A stretch of 63,913 nucleotides of DNA, filler included, from Reclinomonas americana ATCC 50394 (Eukaryota), in NCBI GenBank assembly GCA_048213135.1. It is 13 parts of 13 records of this genome, joined end to end, with 100 filler letters (N's around TTAATTAATTAA, not from the genome) between each part and the next. Parts side by side here need not be neighbours in the genome. Positions count along the whole stretch, not along the records: positions 35,901 to 52,442 come from AFZH01017824.1; 12 more parts are not named here. The stretch is one strand, 5' to 3'. Made by a program: the position numbers and the translations under genes. Positions 36,358 through 49,832 of the stretch are shown piece after piece (within the stretch, counting starts at the first letter, position 1; every line of letters begins with the position of its first letter). The notes under the pieces are model-generated. The model saw only the letters and a list, made by a program, of their open reading frames with translations. It was not told the origin of the DNA and did no database searches.

Positions 36358-38839
36358 TTACGTGGATGGCGATGAGGATTTGCTCTTTCGTGTCCGTTTC
36401 GTGGCCGCAGGCTTCTCTGCACTCCCCGCACTGCTGTCGCTGGTGAGCGATGCCGCTGTCGTCGACGGCTCCTGCAGCATGCGCTCCGCCAGAATGGTGA
36501 GCACCGTGTTGGCCAGGTGCTCCTCGTCGGTGGCACCGGCCGACGCAAAGTACTTTTCCGGCAGCGTCTTCCACAGACCGCCGACCGCATCGTGAATCGA
36601 TACGCCCACGGAACCCGGCGGCGCACGCACATGCTCATCGGTGAGCGACTGCACAAACTGATCCAGGCTGAGCGCCACCTCCGACATGGTGGCCTCGGCG
36701 GCGGAGTCGGGCACTTTGCCGCCGAGGTCGATCGGATCGGTGAACTCGGCCATGTCACGCTCCAGTGTGCGTCGCGCACGACGTGGTCGCTCCGCCAGCG
36801 CTGTGGAGGCCTCGGGAGACGACGGGTCGAGGTTGGTCGCTCGCGGCACACTCACGTCGATGAACTGGCGTGCGGCACGACCGTACCGCGGGCCCATCAG
36901 TTCCGCCACTCTGTTGAGCAGTGGCAACGTGAAAAAGGGGAGGGAAAGGGAGGGAGGGAGACGGTGCAAGGTGGCGGCGCGCAACTCGCGAGTGACATCG
37001 GTGAGAGAGAGCTCGAGGAACTGCGGCAGTGCCGGATACAGGCGGTCGTCATCCTGTTTGACCACGTGCCCCTCCGCTGCCTCCTTCTTTCGCTTGGCTC
37101 GTTTCCCAGCGCTCGCCGCCGACGCTGATTCTGAAGCCGCTTGTTGCTGCTGTTGCTGCTGCTGCTGCTGTGCTGCGTTTTCGCTCACAATGGACAGCGC
37201 ATTGGCAAAATCGAGTGACAGCAGCGGCGACGACTCGGCCAACAGCGACGACGTCGTGGCCGCCGCCACCGCCGGCGTGTTGGCCCGCCCCTGTCCGCTC
37301 GCCTTCTTCTTCAGCGCTTCGTAGTGCCGACGAACCGCCTCGGCCGCCTTCTCCAGGCCTGCTCGGTCGTGCCCGAAACGGAGCGCGAGGTTCGGGGGCA
37401 AGCGGAAATCAGCCGGCACCGCCACGGGGTTGGTGCCGAATTCCTGACCGACAAAGTGACAATTGAGTGGCACGGGAGAGGAGGAGAGTGAAAGAGAAGA
37501 GAAGAATGTTGCCACACCATGTCTATGATGTTGTAGAGACGGTTGCTCATCGCGCCAAAGGTGGCCGTAAAGTGAAACTTGTCGTACGGTGTCAGCTGTC
37601 GCTCACCAGGGACGTCTACCACGAACTGCGTGAGCACAAGGTTTTCTCGAGTGCACACTCAATCATGCACACACACGCTCACCAACAGCCGCCTGATCAA
37701 AGCGACGCACACGACGCTCCACCCGCGGCACATCGTGACCACTCGAGTAGCGAATGAGCTTGCGACCAGGTCCCTGCCATTCACGATCAAAGAGCACGAT
37801 TGAGTCTCTCGCTGTTTCAGCATCCCCTCCTGCCTTCGCCCATTGCGCGCACACCTTGAACCCTGCTTGTGCTCCTCCCTCTTTCTTTTCGTTGCATGTC
37901 TGCGTGCTTCTCTCCCTTCGCTGTGCTGCTGCTCTATACCTGTCTCAACAGTGCGCTCGCTTCTCAATCTATCTCTTCGCTGTGTGTCAGCATGGATATC
38001 AGGCTCTCTTGCGTACTCCTCTCCCTCGATGCGCGGCAAGGCAACCCTCACTCTCTTGCATGCCTGCAACATCAGCTGCCTCTCCTCCTGTCTCGCTTGC
38101 TCGCCCGTTGCTGCTCATCTGCATCCCTTCCGCTTGCCCTTAACCCTTCTCGTTCCCTCCCTCCTCCCTCCCTCCCTCCCTCCCTCTCCCTTCTCCCTCT
38201 CCCTCTCCCTCTCCCTATACCCCCTCCCCCTCAACCCACCGTGGGCTCCGGCGGATAGATCGTGGGCCACCCCGACTCCAGCTCCGACACACTCGGGTCC
38301 TTCAAGTACGCCCTCCGCCGCTCCCACTCCAGAAACAAGCCCACATCCACTCGCCCTTCTTCCTCGGAATCCATTGGCGTCTCCAGCGGCGCCTGCAACG
38401 ACGGATGCGCCTCAAAGCGCCTCACAAACCGCGCCCGATCCGCGTCTGCACACAAGAGCTCACAAGCCACTCTCTGCGACATTCATACAAAAGCGCATGC
38501 ACACTCACCACTGGTGCCCAGCATGCCCATCTCCCTCCACATTCGGTCGAGTCCTCCATCGCCCGCCACAATGCGTCGCCCTTCACTCCCACCACCCTCT
38601 GCTCCTTCCTCCTCCTCCTCACCACCACCACCACCTTCCTCATAGTCGTCGTCATCATCATCGTCGTCGTCCACCTCAATGTCATCCTCCTCATCGTAAT
38701 CATCATCGTCGAACCCCGCAAAGCCGCGTCGCTGCAGCTGCCAAGTGGAGTTGGCCACGGCGGCGGCGGTGAGGCGTGTGCTACCCACAAGCCGAAGCGA
38801 GGCGCCGGGTGGAAGACGACTCGCCAGCCGCCACAGCAT
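36358..38839 (-). CDS. Uncharacterised multi-exon protein with a putative mitochondrial presequence
   Basis: N-terminus MLWRLASRLPPGASLRLVGSTRL...LQRRGFA is Arg/Leu/Ser-rich and acid-free, followed by an acidic tract. Further GT-AG-bounded exons run down to TAA at 36358. Confidence 0.65.
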
Positions 38840-38878
38840 GTGAAAGATGATGATGAATTTTCACGCGCTCAATCAACA

Positions 38879-41800
38879 ATGCGCCTCGTGGAGGACGCGC
38901 TGGAGGTGGCTGCGCTGCAAGGCAAACCCGGTGCGCGTACCCTCTCTATCTCTCTCTTTACACGCAAGCGCGCATTGATGCCCATTCTTTTGTTCCTGAC
39001 ACAGGCATTCTGTTCTGGACGCTGTGTCGACGACTGCTGTTCTCGGCGAGCAGTGAGGCGGCCGTCGCAGTGGCGGTGGAGGACAGCACGTGGTGCGATC
39101 GAGTGGTGCTTCTGTGGGAGTCACTGACGGCGTCGCCGCGGCGATGTGCGTTCTTTTGGAAGCACAATGTTGCGTCGCGCCATTTGCCTCGTTCTTGTCT
39201 TTGCGCGGTGTGGTCACCGGTGACGCGCAGGTGGAGCAAGGGGCGGTGGCAGCGGTGGCGGCTGAGGTGCATAGTCAAGCCAACGGTGACAGCGATGGTG
39301 GGGACGATGAGGATGATGACGGTGGCGACGACGACGGCAAGCAGCCGAGTCGCGCGTTCCAATTCGATGGCTACGTGGACGCCCGCGTCAGCATGGTGGA
39401 GCTGTCGGCTGCGGAGATGGAGCAGGTGCATCGCTCGCTGACTGAGTTGCAGCCGGGTGCGGTGGCGACGACGCTCTCGCAGTTGCAAGTGTGGGTTCGC
39501 GCGGAGGTGACGTTGCGGCAGCGGGTGCTCGGTTCGGCGCGCCTCACCGATGGTGTCCGTCGAGATGTGACGTATGCGTTGCTGGAGGCAGTGGCGGCTG
39601 CTGGACCAGGCGGTGTGCTGCAGGCGTCTGTGGCCAAGTACCTGAGAATGGAGGCCAAGGCGCTGTCGTATCATGCCACCCTGTTGGTCAACGCGCAGTT
39701 GGTGTTACGTGACGATTGGTGGAAGCGAGGATGCGTTTTCGTGAGAAGGCTGATGGTGTTGCTGTCGCCAGATTTCGACCGCCGGGACGGCAGAACAAGC
39801 GCCTCACGTTTGTGTACGAATGGCGTCCGCACGGTCAGCGGGCAGGTGGTGCGCAAACTGCGAGCGCGAACGGCGAAGTTGATGAGCGGGAGGTATGTGT
39901 GTGTGTGTGTTTGTTTTCATCTCTACGCAGCACCGCTTACACGTGTGTGGTCAGGTGAGCTACGACAAGGTCTCGCCACGCATTGTGGCGCTGTTGGAGT
40001 CGGCGCCGAACATGGTGGTTCAGCAGCGCGAGCTCACGCAACACCTGGTTCGTGCGGGGAGGGGCGCGCGCTGATGAGAAGACCAAATGATATGCTGACA
40101 CGATTGGCAGATGGAGTGGCAACCGGCACTGGATCCGCGGCAGCTGCTGCGCATGTATCGTCGCATGGCACACCATGGCTTGATCAAATTCGTCAAGGCA
40201 CCGTCGCTGCTGGAAAAGCCGAATGTGGCTGAGGAGTTGCATGCAGTGGCGGCGGCGGCGGCGGCGACTATGAGTGAGATGCCGCTGTCTGGCGATGATG
40301 GTAGTCGTCGTCGATCGCCACAGCTCAGACGGCGTCGCGCACGACCGAGTAGGCGTCAAGACATGGGTGGGAGCGGTAGTGAGAGCGCCGATGGCGACAG
40401 TGGCGATAGCGACACGAGTGACGGCGAGTACGTGGTGCGTTCCGACGATGAGGACAGCAGCAGTGCAGCGTCGGATCTCCATGAGGAGAAGATGGAGAAA
40501 GGGGACACGAAGCGTGGTGGGAAGCAAAAAGGCAGGAGACGCGGCCGCCGCTCGCGAAACACGAAAGATGATGGTGGCCCGCTCTATGTGCGATGCGTGC
40601 AGCTGCTGCCAAAGGCAATTGCCTCGCGCGACGAAAATGCTTCCCTTTCGTCGCTGCTGGCGATGCGGAATGGAGGGGCTGACGGTGTGGCTTCTGCGTC
40701 TGCTGAAGAGGCAGAGTGTCTGGGATTGGGGGAGAAGCCGGTGTTTGCGCATTTCGTCATGCCGAAACGTCGCGAGGCAATGTTGGGTTCGGTGGCAGAG
40801 CAGCAGGGTGAAGATGGTGAGGAGAAGGGGGCAGTGCAAGGTGAGTGGGGCGTCGAGGAAGACGATTGCGATACAAGAAGAAAGCTGACTGTGGTTGTTC
40901 GTCCCAGAAGAGTATCAACGATCAACACTGCGCCATGGTTGGTCGCATTCGCCCGTGTGTCAGGACATGTCGCACGATCGCAGAGTTCTGTGCCTACTCA
41001 CCGCGGCCGGTGACGCCGGCATGACCGTGGAGGTGCGTACTATTGAGATTGCATCAACACCCGGCCAATGTGGTGTTACCTCACCCTTCCACAGAGAATC
41101 AGTCGTCTCACGGGCTTGGAGGCGCGGCAAGTCACTCATCTCATAGAAGACTTTGAGAGCCTGTACGGATTGGAGCGCACGAGCCACTCGGTGCCCGGCG
41201 AGAAGGGCGGTGGGCGAAACTTTCACAAAATCCGCCTCCCGCAACGACTGCGCGAGGATTACTACGAGAAGATCTTCAAGATCAGGTGCATCCCCTCCCT
41301 TCTGCTTGCCTGTGTTGCGTCCACACGCACTCATGCCACCGCTGTAGCAAGGAGCAGGCGCAGCGTATCCTCGGCGAACCAAAAAAGGAAGCAGACACGG
41401 CGATGACAGCAGTGGCGACCAAGGTGTCGGTGAGAGTCATGCATGTTGATTGTGTCTATGGTTGTCTTCATGATTGCCTCACCACATTCCGGCGCGGCGC
41501 ACACGCAGGGCACGGAGCATTTCGAAAGCAGTCAGCGGCAATGGATCCTCACCGACATTTCAAAGGAGCGCATGCAGTTCTTTGAGGGCCTCGTCAACAA
41601 GTACCGCGTCCTGACCTTTAGCATGCTGGTCCTCGCCGCCACTGGTGCGTCTCCTTGAATAGAGGGCCCGTTGCGCAAGTGCTTAACGCGATTTCGCGCA
41701 CACGAACAGAAAAGGAGAGCGTGATTAGTCGCAAGACGGTGGACAATGTTGTGCGTGAGATGGAAAGCAGGAACTTGGTGCGACGACTGCACGCAGAGTT

Positions 41801-44800
41801 GCGACGCCGCCCTCCTCGCTGTACGGTGGTCATTGCTATATCACGACTCACATCAATGCATGCAGTGCCCCGCGCTCTCGCTTTGGTACTGCGGAAAAAA
41901 TCGCCATGGTGGTGCTGCCAGAGGTTGCCGATGATGATCCCGACATTGCCGCCCTTGCGCGCGTGGCCACAATGATCAAGCGCACGCCACCGCTGGCCTG
42001 GCGCACCATGTCCACTGAAGAACTCAAGGAATATGCCGACAAGTCTCGAGCCGTGGCTCCTCAGCGTTGCGTCGCATTCTGACGGGTTTTGACCGTGGTG
42101 GCGTCTTCCATGCGGACTCACACGTGTGCGCACGTGCAGTTGACACCTTATCATTCAGTGTCGGCTCTGTGCTGGAGGCGCCGATGGACGTTGGTGATGG
42201 CGGCGGGGTAATATCGCGATCTGCTTCTCTCAGTGCACTAGACGAGATGGCTGTCGACGTGCCACCCCCAGCAATACCGGGAATGTCGGCTGCTGCGCCA
42301 CCACCAATGCTGGTGTGTCGATGTTGGAAAGGACCTTGTGTGTGTGGATGCTTGCTCACACAATTACTTCCAATTCTGGCAGTCGCCGGCCAAGCCCAAA
42401 ATGATCGTGGAGGAAAGTCGGCACTCGGCACTTGCACGAGATCGCATGTCGATTTCGCAGATTGTCGCCAAGGCGCGTGGCAACTTTGATTTTTCGTGCA
42501 TGGGTCCTGTGCGTGCCCTCCATCAGCACATGTGGTCGCGTTCGCTGCAACGCTGTGCAGAAGGCGGTGGTTTGTTTGCGCACAACAGTTTGCTCTCTCG
42601 TTCTGTCTGTGCGTGCTGGGCTGACTCTGCACACCTTGCCGCAGTTCCGCTCGAAGATGCACTAGTGTGGAGGTCTGCCAAGGATGTTGTCGCCAGGTGT
42701 GCCTTGTCGCGTGCATTTGGCGTTGTATGTTCTGTACTCGCCGCTCACGTGTCTGTCGCCTGCACAACAGCATGTCATTTCGAATGGTGGCGCGGGTGTT
42801 TGGAGTCACGGCGTACAGTTCGAAGATCGCCGAGTGCATGGAGCAAGATGAGCCATGGGAGAGTGTTCCGCAGCACATTCGGTGCGTGGGTGGGTGTGTA
42901 GCAGCCACTCAATCACCCTACACTGAATTGCGTGCGATGCAGCAAACAAGCGGCATCCACCACACGGTTATTTATCGCTGCCGATGTGATTGTGCGACAC
43001 ATGGTGCTGCTGCGGCTGGCGACGTATGTGGTGCGTGGGTGAGGAAGGAAGGAGGTTGGTTCTGTGGAGCGCTGACTGCTCGCCGTGCACGCAGTCTCCC
43101 GAAGGATCCTGGACGGAGGGTGTTCGTTTGTTGACGCACGTCGGTAAAGTGCTGTGCGAGTGTGTTTGTGTGGCCGTGTATATCGCTCATGGTTTTGTGC
43201 TGTAGTTGCGCCGACTACATTTGGCAGCATGGTGGATCGCGTGTTGAGCAATGAGGACTCGGGTACGTGTGTTCGTGGGAGAGTGTGTTTTTTTTGAATT
43301 ACGTTGCCCATTCACTGTCCGTGTATCCGATTCGGCAGTCAAATCATTGTGGAATGCCTATAGTGCCGTGGCTCGTGCCGACTCTGTTGTGCTGAAGCGA
43401 CTGAATCTTGAGCTCGACGCATGGATGGCCAGTTGCGATGCGGTGAAGCATCGACGCACTGGATTCTCCACCACCTTCGGACCAGATGCATGGGCAGGTG
43501 TGTGAGTGTCTGGCAAGTGACGCGTGCTGCTTGAAGCGATTGCTGATGTTGATTGGTTGGTGTGAGTGTAGAAATGCGTGCGCCGACAGTGGAGGAGCAG
43601 AGTGCGCTGGAGCGAGTGTACCGAACCAAGATGGGTGCCTTGCAGGAGGGCATCGAGAGGGAGCCTGATTTGAAGCGTCGACAGGAGCTGGAGGTGCGTT
43701 ACTGGTCGTTGTTGCGAACTGTGGACTGCACAATTGACTGAGTATGTGTGTGTTTGTTTTTTCGCTGAGCAGAGAAGGCGCGACAATATGCTGTATGATG
43801 TCGATTTTTACGCTGCGTGCTTGCCAATTCTCAATACGCCGATCCTGGCCGCCCGCATTGTCGTCCTCTACTTTCTGCGGTACCGCGATATCATCAGCAG
43901 TGACGAGAACGGGTGTGTGTTGGTACGAAGACGCTCTGCGTGCTGATCGTGTGTGTGTGACCCCGTTCTGTGTCGTCTCAGAACCAAGAGCATTCGCGAG
44001 TTGCCGATCACGGTGAACTGGGAGCGACGACAAAAGGCTGTGCGACAGGCGCTGAGTGCACAGACGCGAGCTGAGCGAGCCATGGAGAAGGACCGCAAAA
44101 AGATGCTGGCTCGTGAGATGCAGGGAATCGATATGGAGGCTGGTGCACCGGCTGGTCGTCTCGAGGCAATTGGTGGTCGACCGCCAGGTTTTTTTTATTC
44201 ATTCCCTTCTGTGATTGCTGTCGTTCTCATGCTTATGGTTGTCCCGCAGTGTTGCCACCGCCGTCACTGCTTCCGCCGCCGCCTCAACTGCCACCTGTCA
44301 TACCATTGGCTGCCGGCAATGACTATCCTGTCGTGCCGCCGAAAGTCGTACCTGTTCCGCGCGCCGGAGGTCTGCGGTATCGCTGGTCACAGGCCGCCAC
44401 GTGGGCGTGCATGTATGGAGTGGTGCGTGCCAGTCGGGTATCATATGCCGCGCGTACATAGTCTGATCTGAACGTCGCGCTTTACCAGCTGTATGCGCTG
44501 GCTAAGACCCCGGCTTGGATGTTGCCGATGCGTGATGGCGCGCCCCAGATTCCCGTCATGGTGCTGGACCAAGTCAACTCGGCGCTGTTTGGCGGTCTGC
44601 TGCAAAGGGAGCAGATCAGTCGGCGATTCCGGCGAGAATCGAAGCAGCCGGTGGGTTGATGACTGCCGAATGCTGTACACGCGTTGACTTCCCTCATATT
44701 GTGCTTGCTCGCAGTCGGGAGCTTGGGTGCTTTCCGTCATTCGACACCACCTGCCTGAGCTGCGCCAGCTGGCCAGCTCGTTCCCCAAGTTTGGTGTGCC

Positions 44801-47800
44801 GGTGAGTTCTATCTCTCGCGCGCGCGCTCTCTTGTGCATGTCAATGCCGCATCGCTCACGTGGAGGCGAGCAGGGAGAGAACGATGAGGAGGTGGCGACC
44901 GAGGTGCCCGCCGAGTTTGCCGCGGGTGTGGATCAAATTCGTCTGCGTGTGATGAACGAACCAGCGCGGCCACTGTGCGTCACTCGCACCTGTCTCTTCT
45001 GCGCCTCTCCATCCGTTCTCACGTTATTCTTGTTGTCGCTGCTGTTTTGCAGTGCGGAGGCGGTAATCATGGCAGTTGACGAAGAGAACACGGCGCCGTT
45101 CTCGGCGCTCAGTAACGTCCGCACGTCGGCGCAGTTCTTTGAGAGGTTCATTGTCCGCACCGCCGGCAGCAACAAGCCGTCGGTGTCGATGAGTTTCTTC
45201 GAGTTGGTGTTTGTGGAGCAACTGAAGGCCTCCCTGCTTGGCATCGACTTTGCGGACGAGTCGCAGTACGCGCCGCAGATTGCCATGATCCTCTTGAACT
45301 CCACACCGCCGTCTGTCGACGCCATGGAGGTGCGCGAGAAACTGCGAGTGGAGGTGCGTGCCATGGATTCTGCTACTTCTGCACTAGTGGTTGCTGCTGA
45401 CTCCACTGTAGGGTGTCGTCAAGCGACGGACCGATGTCGTCGACGTGGACTTGTCGGTGTCAAAAGAGTTTTGCGTTGGCTCATGTTCTTTGCAGGCCGT
45501 AATCAGTGCACTGACCAACTCACAGACTGCTGCGACTCACGCTGGAACATTCATACGGCTCGGCATTCTCCGTGGCGCTATCAAGTGCGCTGAGTCGACA
45601 ACCTCTGCATCGCCTGTGCAGCCGTTCTGGTCGACAACCGGCATTGCCACCGGGTGAGGCGCACTGTTGTTCTCCTCCTACTCCTTCTTTTCCTGTCTCT
45701 CTCTCTCTCTCTCTCATCGATCGATGTGATGCAGTGGAGCGTGAGTTGATCATGACGGACGTGGAGAAGCAGCTGTGGAAGGAGGAGGAAAGCATCAAGC
45801 AGCTGAATTATCAAGTGGCTCCAGATCACCCCTCCGAGGAAGTGCGCAATGCCTCGTTTGTCAGTCTTTGCGCGCGCGTGTGTATTGATGATGATATGTC
45901 TTTGCAGCTCGCACTGTTGCTGGAGCAACTGATGTTGACGCCCGCCTCATGCAATCCCGGAGTCTCGCCTGCAGAAGGCGGCTTTGTGATGGACCGCTCC
46001 GCTCCGAGTGTGTTCCTCCATCCCTTTGTGCAGTTCGATCCACTCGCTGGCATGGCCGTCATGTCGGTGGAGAGGCCCGGCCGTATTGTGCGATTTCTGC
46101 ACTTGTGTATATGCGCGTGTTTTGTTTCTGATTGCGTCCTCTGGTGTGCAGAATGTTGCCGAGGCGAGTGCCATGGACGAGCCCGGTTTCGTTGCGTGAC
46201 AATTTGGTGTTGTTTATGTTTGCGGTCGATCCTTATATTGTTCAACGGGTTGTGCAAGCGCAGAATCGCCTCTTGCCGCCAGCGCACTCGTTTGGCAGTC
46301 AAGCGGTGATTCAGCACAGCCTGCCTGTGTTGCCCCGCACTGTTGATGACACTCCTGGCGGCAAGGTGCGCAGATACTACCACGCTCATTCCTCCCTCGT
46401 TCGTGTCTGTCTCATCATCCCCGCAGGTTGCCGAGTTGATTCGTCGCAGATCCGAGCACCGCATTCCACTCAACTTGCCGTTTGAGCGCCTTGATCACGA
46501 GCACGCGCGCAGTTATTTGCAGTTTGGTTATTCTTTGCATGCCATTGTTTGCTCTGACGCTCTCTCTCTCTTCACCGCAGATCGCGTCTCGCAGCCGCCG
46601 GCACCAACATGTTGCGTTGGCAGTGTGCACGAGAAGAATGGAGCTCTGTCGCGCTGACTCGCCTTGTTGCGCAGACTTGCAGGTGGAATGGATCGGACCG
46701 GTGGTGGACGAGGAGTTGTATGCCGATGCGCTGCTCGCCGACATGGCAGAGGAGAGTTGTCACGACGACGACGACGACGAAGACGGTGGAGGCAGCGTTG
46801 TGTTTGCAGAACGACTCGCAGTGCGGATGCTGACAACTCGTTTGCGCAGTCGATTTTGTCGGAGTGCGACGTGTGCGCGGCAACGAAGATGACGACGATG
46901 CTGGTACCGATGGGGGTACTGGGGTGAGTATCGTGGTGGAGGAGAAATCAAGCATGAGTCGTTGACTGAGTCGCGATTCGTTCGTTTCACAGCCATTGCA
47001 CAAGCGTCCACGCACCATCTCGTCGGCCGCTGCTTCCGAGCCAAACGACGTTGCTCGTTTCTACGCGGTGCTGCCGCCGCTCTTGCGTGAACGTGCAGAG
47101 TACTTTGTCGAGTCCCTTCAAGTGGCAGGGGTGCGTGCCGCTGCAATGGTCAACAATCGGCTGAGTGATGCGATGATACTGAAATGCTTTGTGCTCTCTC
47201 TCCCCTCTAGTTTGCACGTGCGCTGGCGCAACTAGCCGCCTCCCGCTCCGTTCGCTTGTCGGCGCTCCAGGAGACTGGCGAACGACAGCGTGTGGAACTC
47301 GACATGATCCGTGCGCTGCGAGTGCTTGTGATTGTGTACGGAGAGCCAGTGCAGGCGCAAATGGACGGCACCTCGTTGTTTACCGGGGTCACGCTGTTGC
47401 AGCTTCATGTGCGTGGATGTTGCAGCCTTGGCCGATACGTGTATTTCGCGTCCACCCACCGTGTTTTTCGACACAGCGGACATTGTACACACTGGAAGAG
47501 AAAGAGGCGCGCAGCTCGCGGGACGGCCGCACCCCTGCGCGAATGACACAACCGCAACCACGCGACCGCGGCCTGCAGCGGTGCGCCACGGTGTTGACCT
47601 CTGACGAGTATGTTCGATTGCGCTCACGTCAAGTTGTTTTGTCGCAGTGTCATCGTGCACGAGGAGGACGTGGAAAGTGCCATCAACACTTTGGAGCAAC
47701 TCGAACTTGTCGTGTATGTCACCGGCGCGGCCGAACTACGACTGTACCCCACAGCCCTGGCGTGTTCGCTGCGGCTCGTTGCCGATGTACGCGGTTGGTT

Positions 47801-48648
47801 CCAGTCGTCTCCCGAGTTTCGTGCTCACACCGAGCACTTGCCACTCAATCATGGTGAGTGTTGCACGTACCGTGTTGCTTCTCTTTCGTCCTTTGTGTTC
47901 ACTGGAGAGCAGAGTTTCTTGGTGCCTACCGGCCGTGGATCACGGCACTTGGCCGGTTCAACACAACGCTGTACGCGGAGCTGGTCGAAGCAGTCGTCGT
48001 GCGCGTCTGTGAGAATCCGGGCATCCCCGAAGTGAGTGCGCGGCTTGGTGGTCATTCGTGCTAATGATGAAGACTCACTCTTGCGTACCACGTTGCGCAG
48101 TCGCGTCTGATTGCCGAGATGCCGCTGCTGAGTGGTGCCAGTATGCAATTGCTGCTGCGCGACCTGGTCGGCTCCTTCCTGCTGGTTCGACGCCAAGTGT
48201 GTGGCTCACCCGCTGTCAATGATCGTGATGGCGACGACGACGACGACGACGACGATGGCCACGATGAAGTGGGCGCGGTCATGAACGACGGTGAGGGAGA
48301 GGAAGCTTTTGCTTGAACGTGGTGCTTCCTGATGCTGACAAGAACGCACAATCAGTGCACGGTGTGCGCCATCCGGAGTATCCCGATGTGCTGCTGCTCG
48401 TCACTGAGCGGTGCTACTGGGTGCGCCCCTGCATCTTCCAGCTGTTGGCGAAACTGCGTGAACACCACGTGAAGGAGCTGCCACTGGGACTGTGGGAGGC
48501 ACACCAGGTCGGCAGCAGTGGACTGGCACAGCCGGGCGAGGAGAGAATGGAGGATGGTGGGGAGGGTGAGGGTGAGGGTGAGGGTGATGAGGATCAAGAT
48601 GTTGAAGACGAAGAGGAGGAGGAAGAGGGACAGGAGGACGAGGAGTAA
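38879..48648 (+). CDS. GTF3C1: General transcription factor IIIC B-block-binding subunit (tau138/GTF3C1-like), many introns
   Basis: N-terminal MRLVEDALEVAALQGKPGILFWTL and winged-helix YALLEAVAAAGPGGVLQASVAKYLRMEAKALSYHATLL, with further wHTH-like exons. The roughly 9.8-kb span fits a very large protein. Internal exon boundaries were not all resolved. Confidence 0.72.
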
Positions 48649-48681
48649 AACAATTGTTGCAATTTAGGAATAGTACAGGAT

Positions 48682-49832
48682 TCAGATCCACATATTGCGG
48701 CAACCGGGCGGTCCGCACTGGCATCGCGTTCTATATCGCCGAAGGTAGTCGCCTGCAACAAAAAAACGCGGTGAGCGGCACCGGCAGCCAGAAACAAAAA
48801 AAAAACGAAATGCACACGCCACCTTCATATTTGTAGTCGATGCACAGTTCCTCGCCCGGCAGCACCAACCGATTGGTGAAGAACGCCAAGTGTGGCAAGT
48901 GCTGGCCGCGTTCATTGCACACCTGCGTGGAACAAAGAAAAGATAAGCATCACGCACAAACTCAACAACAAAACTTGCAGCGGCGACACACGCAACAGCA
49001 TACACATCCACATTGGGGTCACAGGAATGATTGAGCCAGCGGCACACATTGCCGAGATTCATCGCATCGACACTAAACATGAGCGATCCCTCCTGCTCAC
49101 TGTCGCCCGCCACGCCGAGAGCGTCGGGAAAGTCAATGTCATACACGTACGACACTCCGTCGCGGTCGGCAATGGTGGAGCGCCGATCCGACTCCCACGC
49201 CGGCACCAACTCGCCCGAGTACACGCCAATAAACGTGTACCGCGCAATCTCTCGCCTCGCCACGACGCCCCAGCCCTTGCCGCACATGCGATCCACCAGC
49301 AGTGGCGCATTGGCACCGCGCTCCACCAGATGGTTCACCGACCGCCGTCGGCAAATCTCATTCGTGCACTCAAACACAAACATGGACTCCGTGCGAGCAA
49401 CACGGCGCCGCAGTCGTGGCTGCTGCGATCGGTAGGCGGCTTTCGGTCGACGTGCGTTCACATCTTGATGGCGGACAAGTAGTGAGTGAGGACAGAGAGG
49501 GAAAGGGTTGGGGGAGGTTGATCAAGACGCACCACCCCTATTGAGCACACATATGCAGAACGACTTGGCATCTCGCAGCGCCTGCTGCAGCAGCAACTGG
49601 AAGCGCACGGGAAACCCAAAGCCAGCCACCGTGACAGGGGCGTACTGCGCGGAGGATGCGTGAGTGCGAAGCCAAGAGTGGTCGATCCATCAACGGCAAA
49701 CGCAACATCAACGACCGGGAACGGAGAACGATCGACTCCGTTGCGGCACGGCAGCGGAACGACTTCGCGGCCCATGGAGATGTCGTCCACGTAAAACTCG
49801 ACAGACTTCTCGGCGAGGCGCGACGGCTCCAC
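48682..49832 (-). CDS. Pre-SET/SET/post-SET histone lysine methyltransferase (SUV39/G9a/SETMAR-like), catalytic 3' exons
   Basis: DISMGREVVPLP, CASSCCCSRRC, VFEC, KGWGV, FIGVYSGE, GNVCRWLNHSCDPN, EELCIDY and CQCGPPGCR. Confidence 0.93.
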
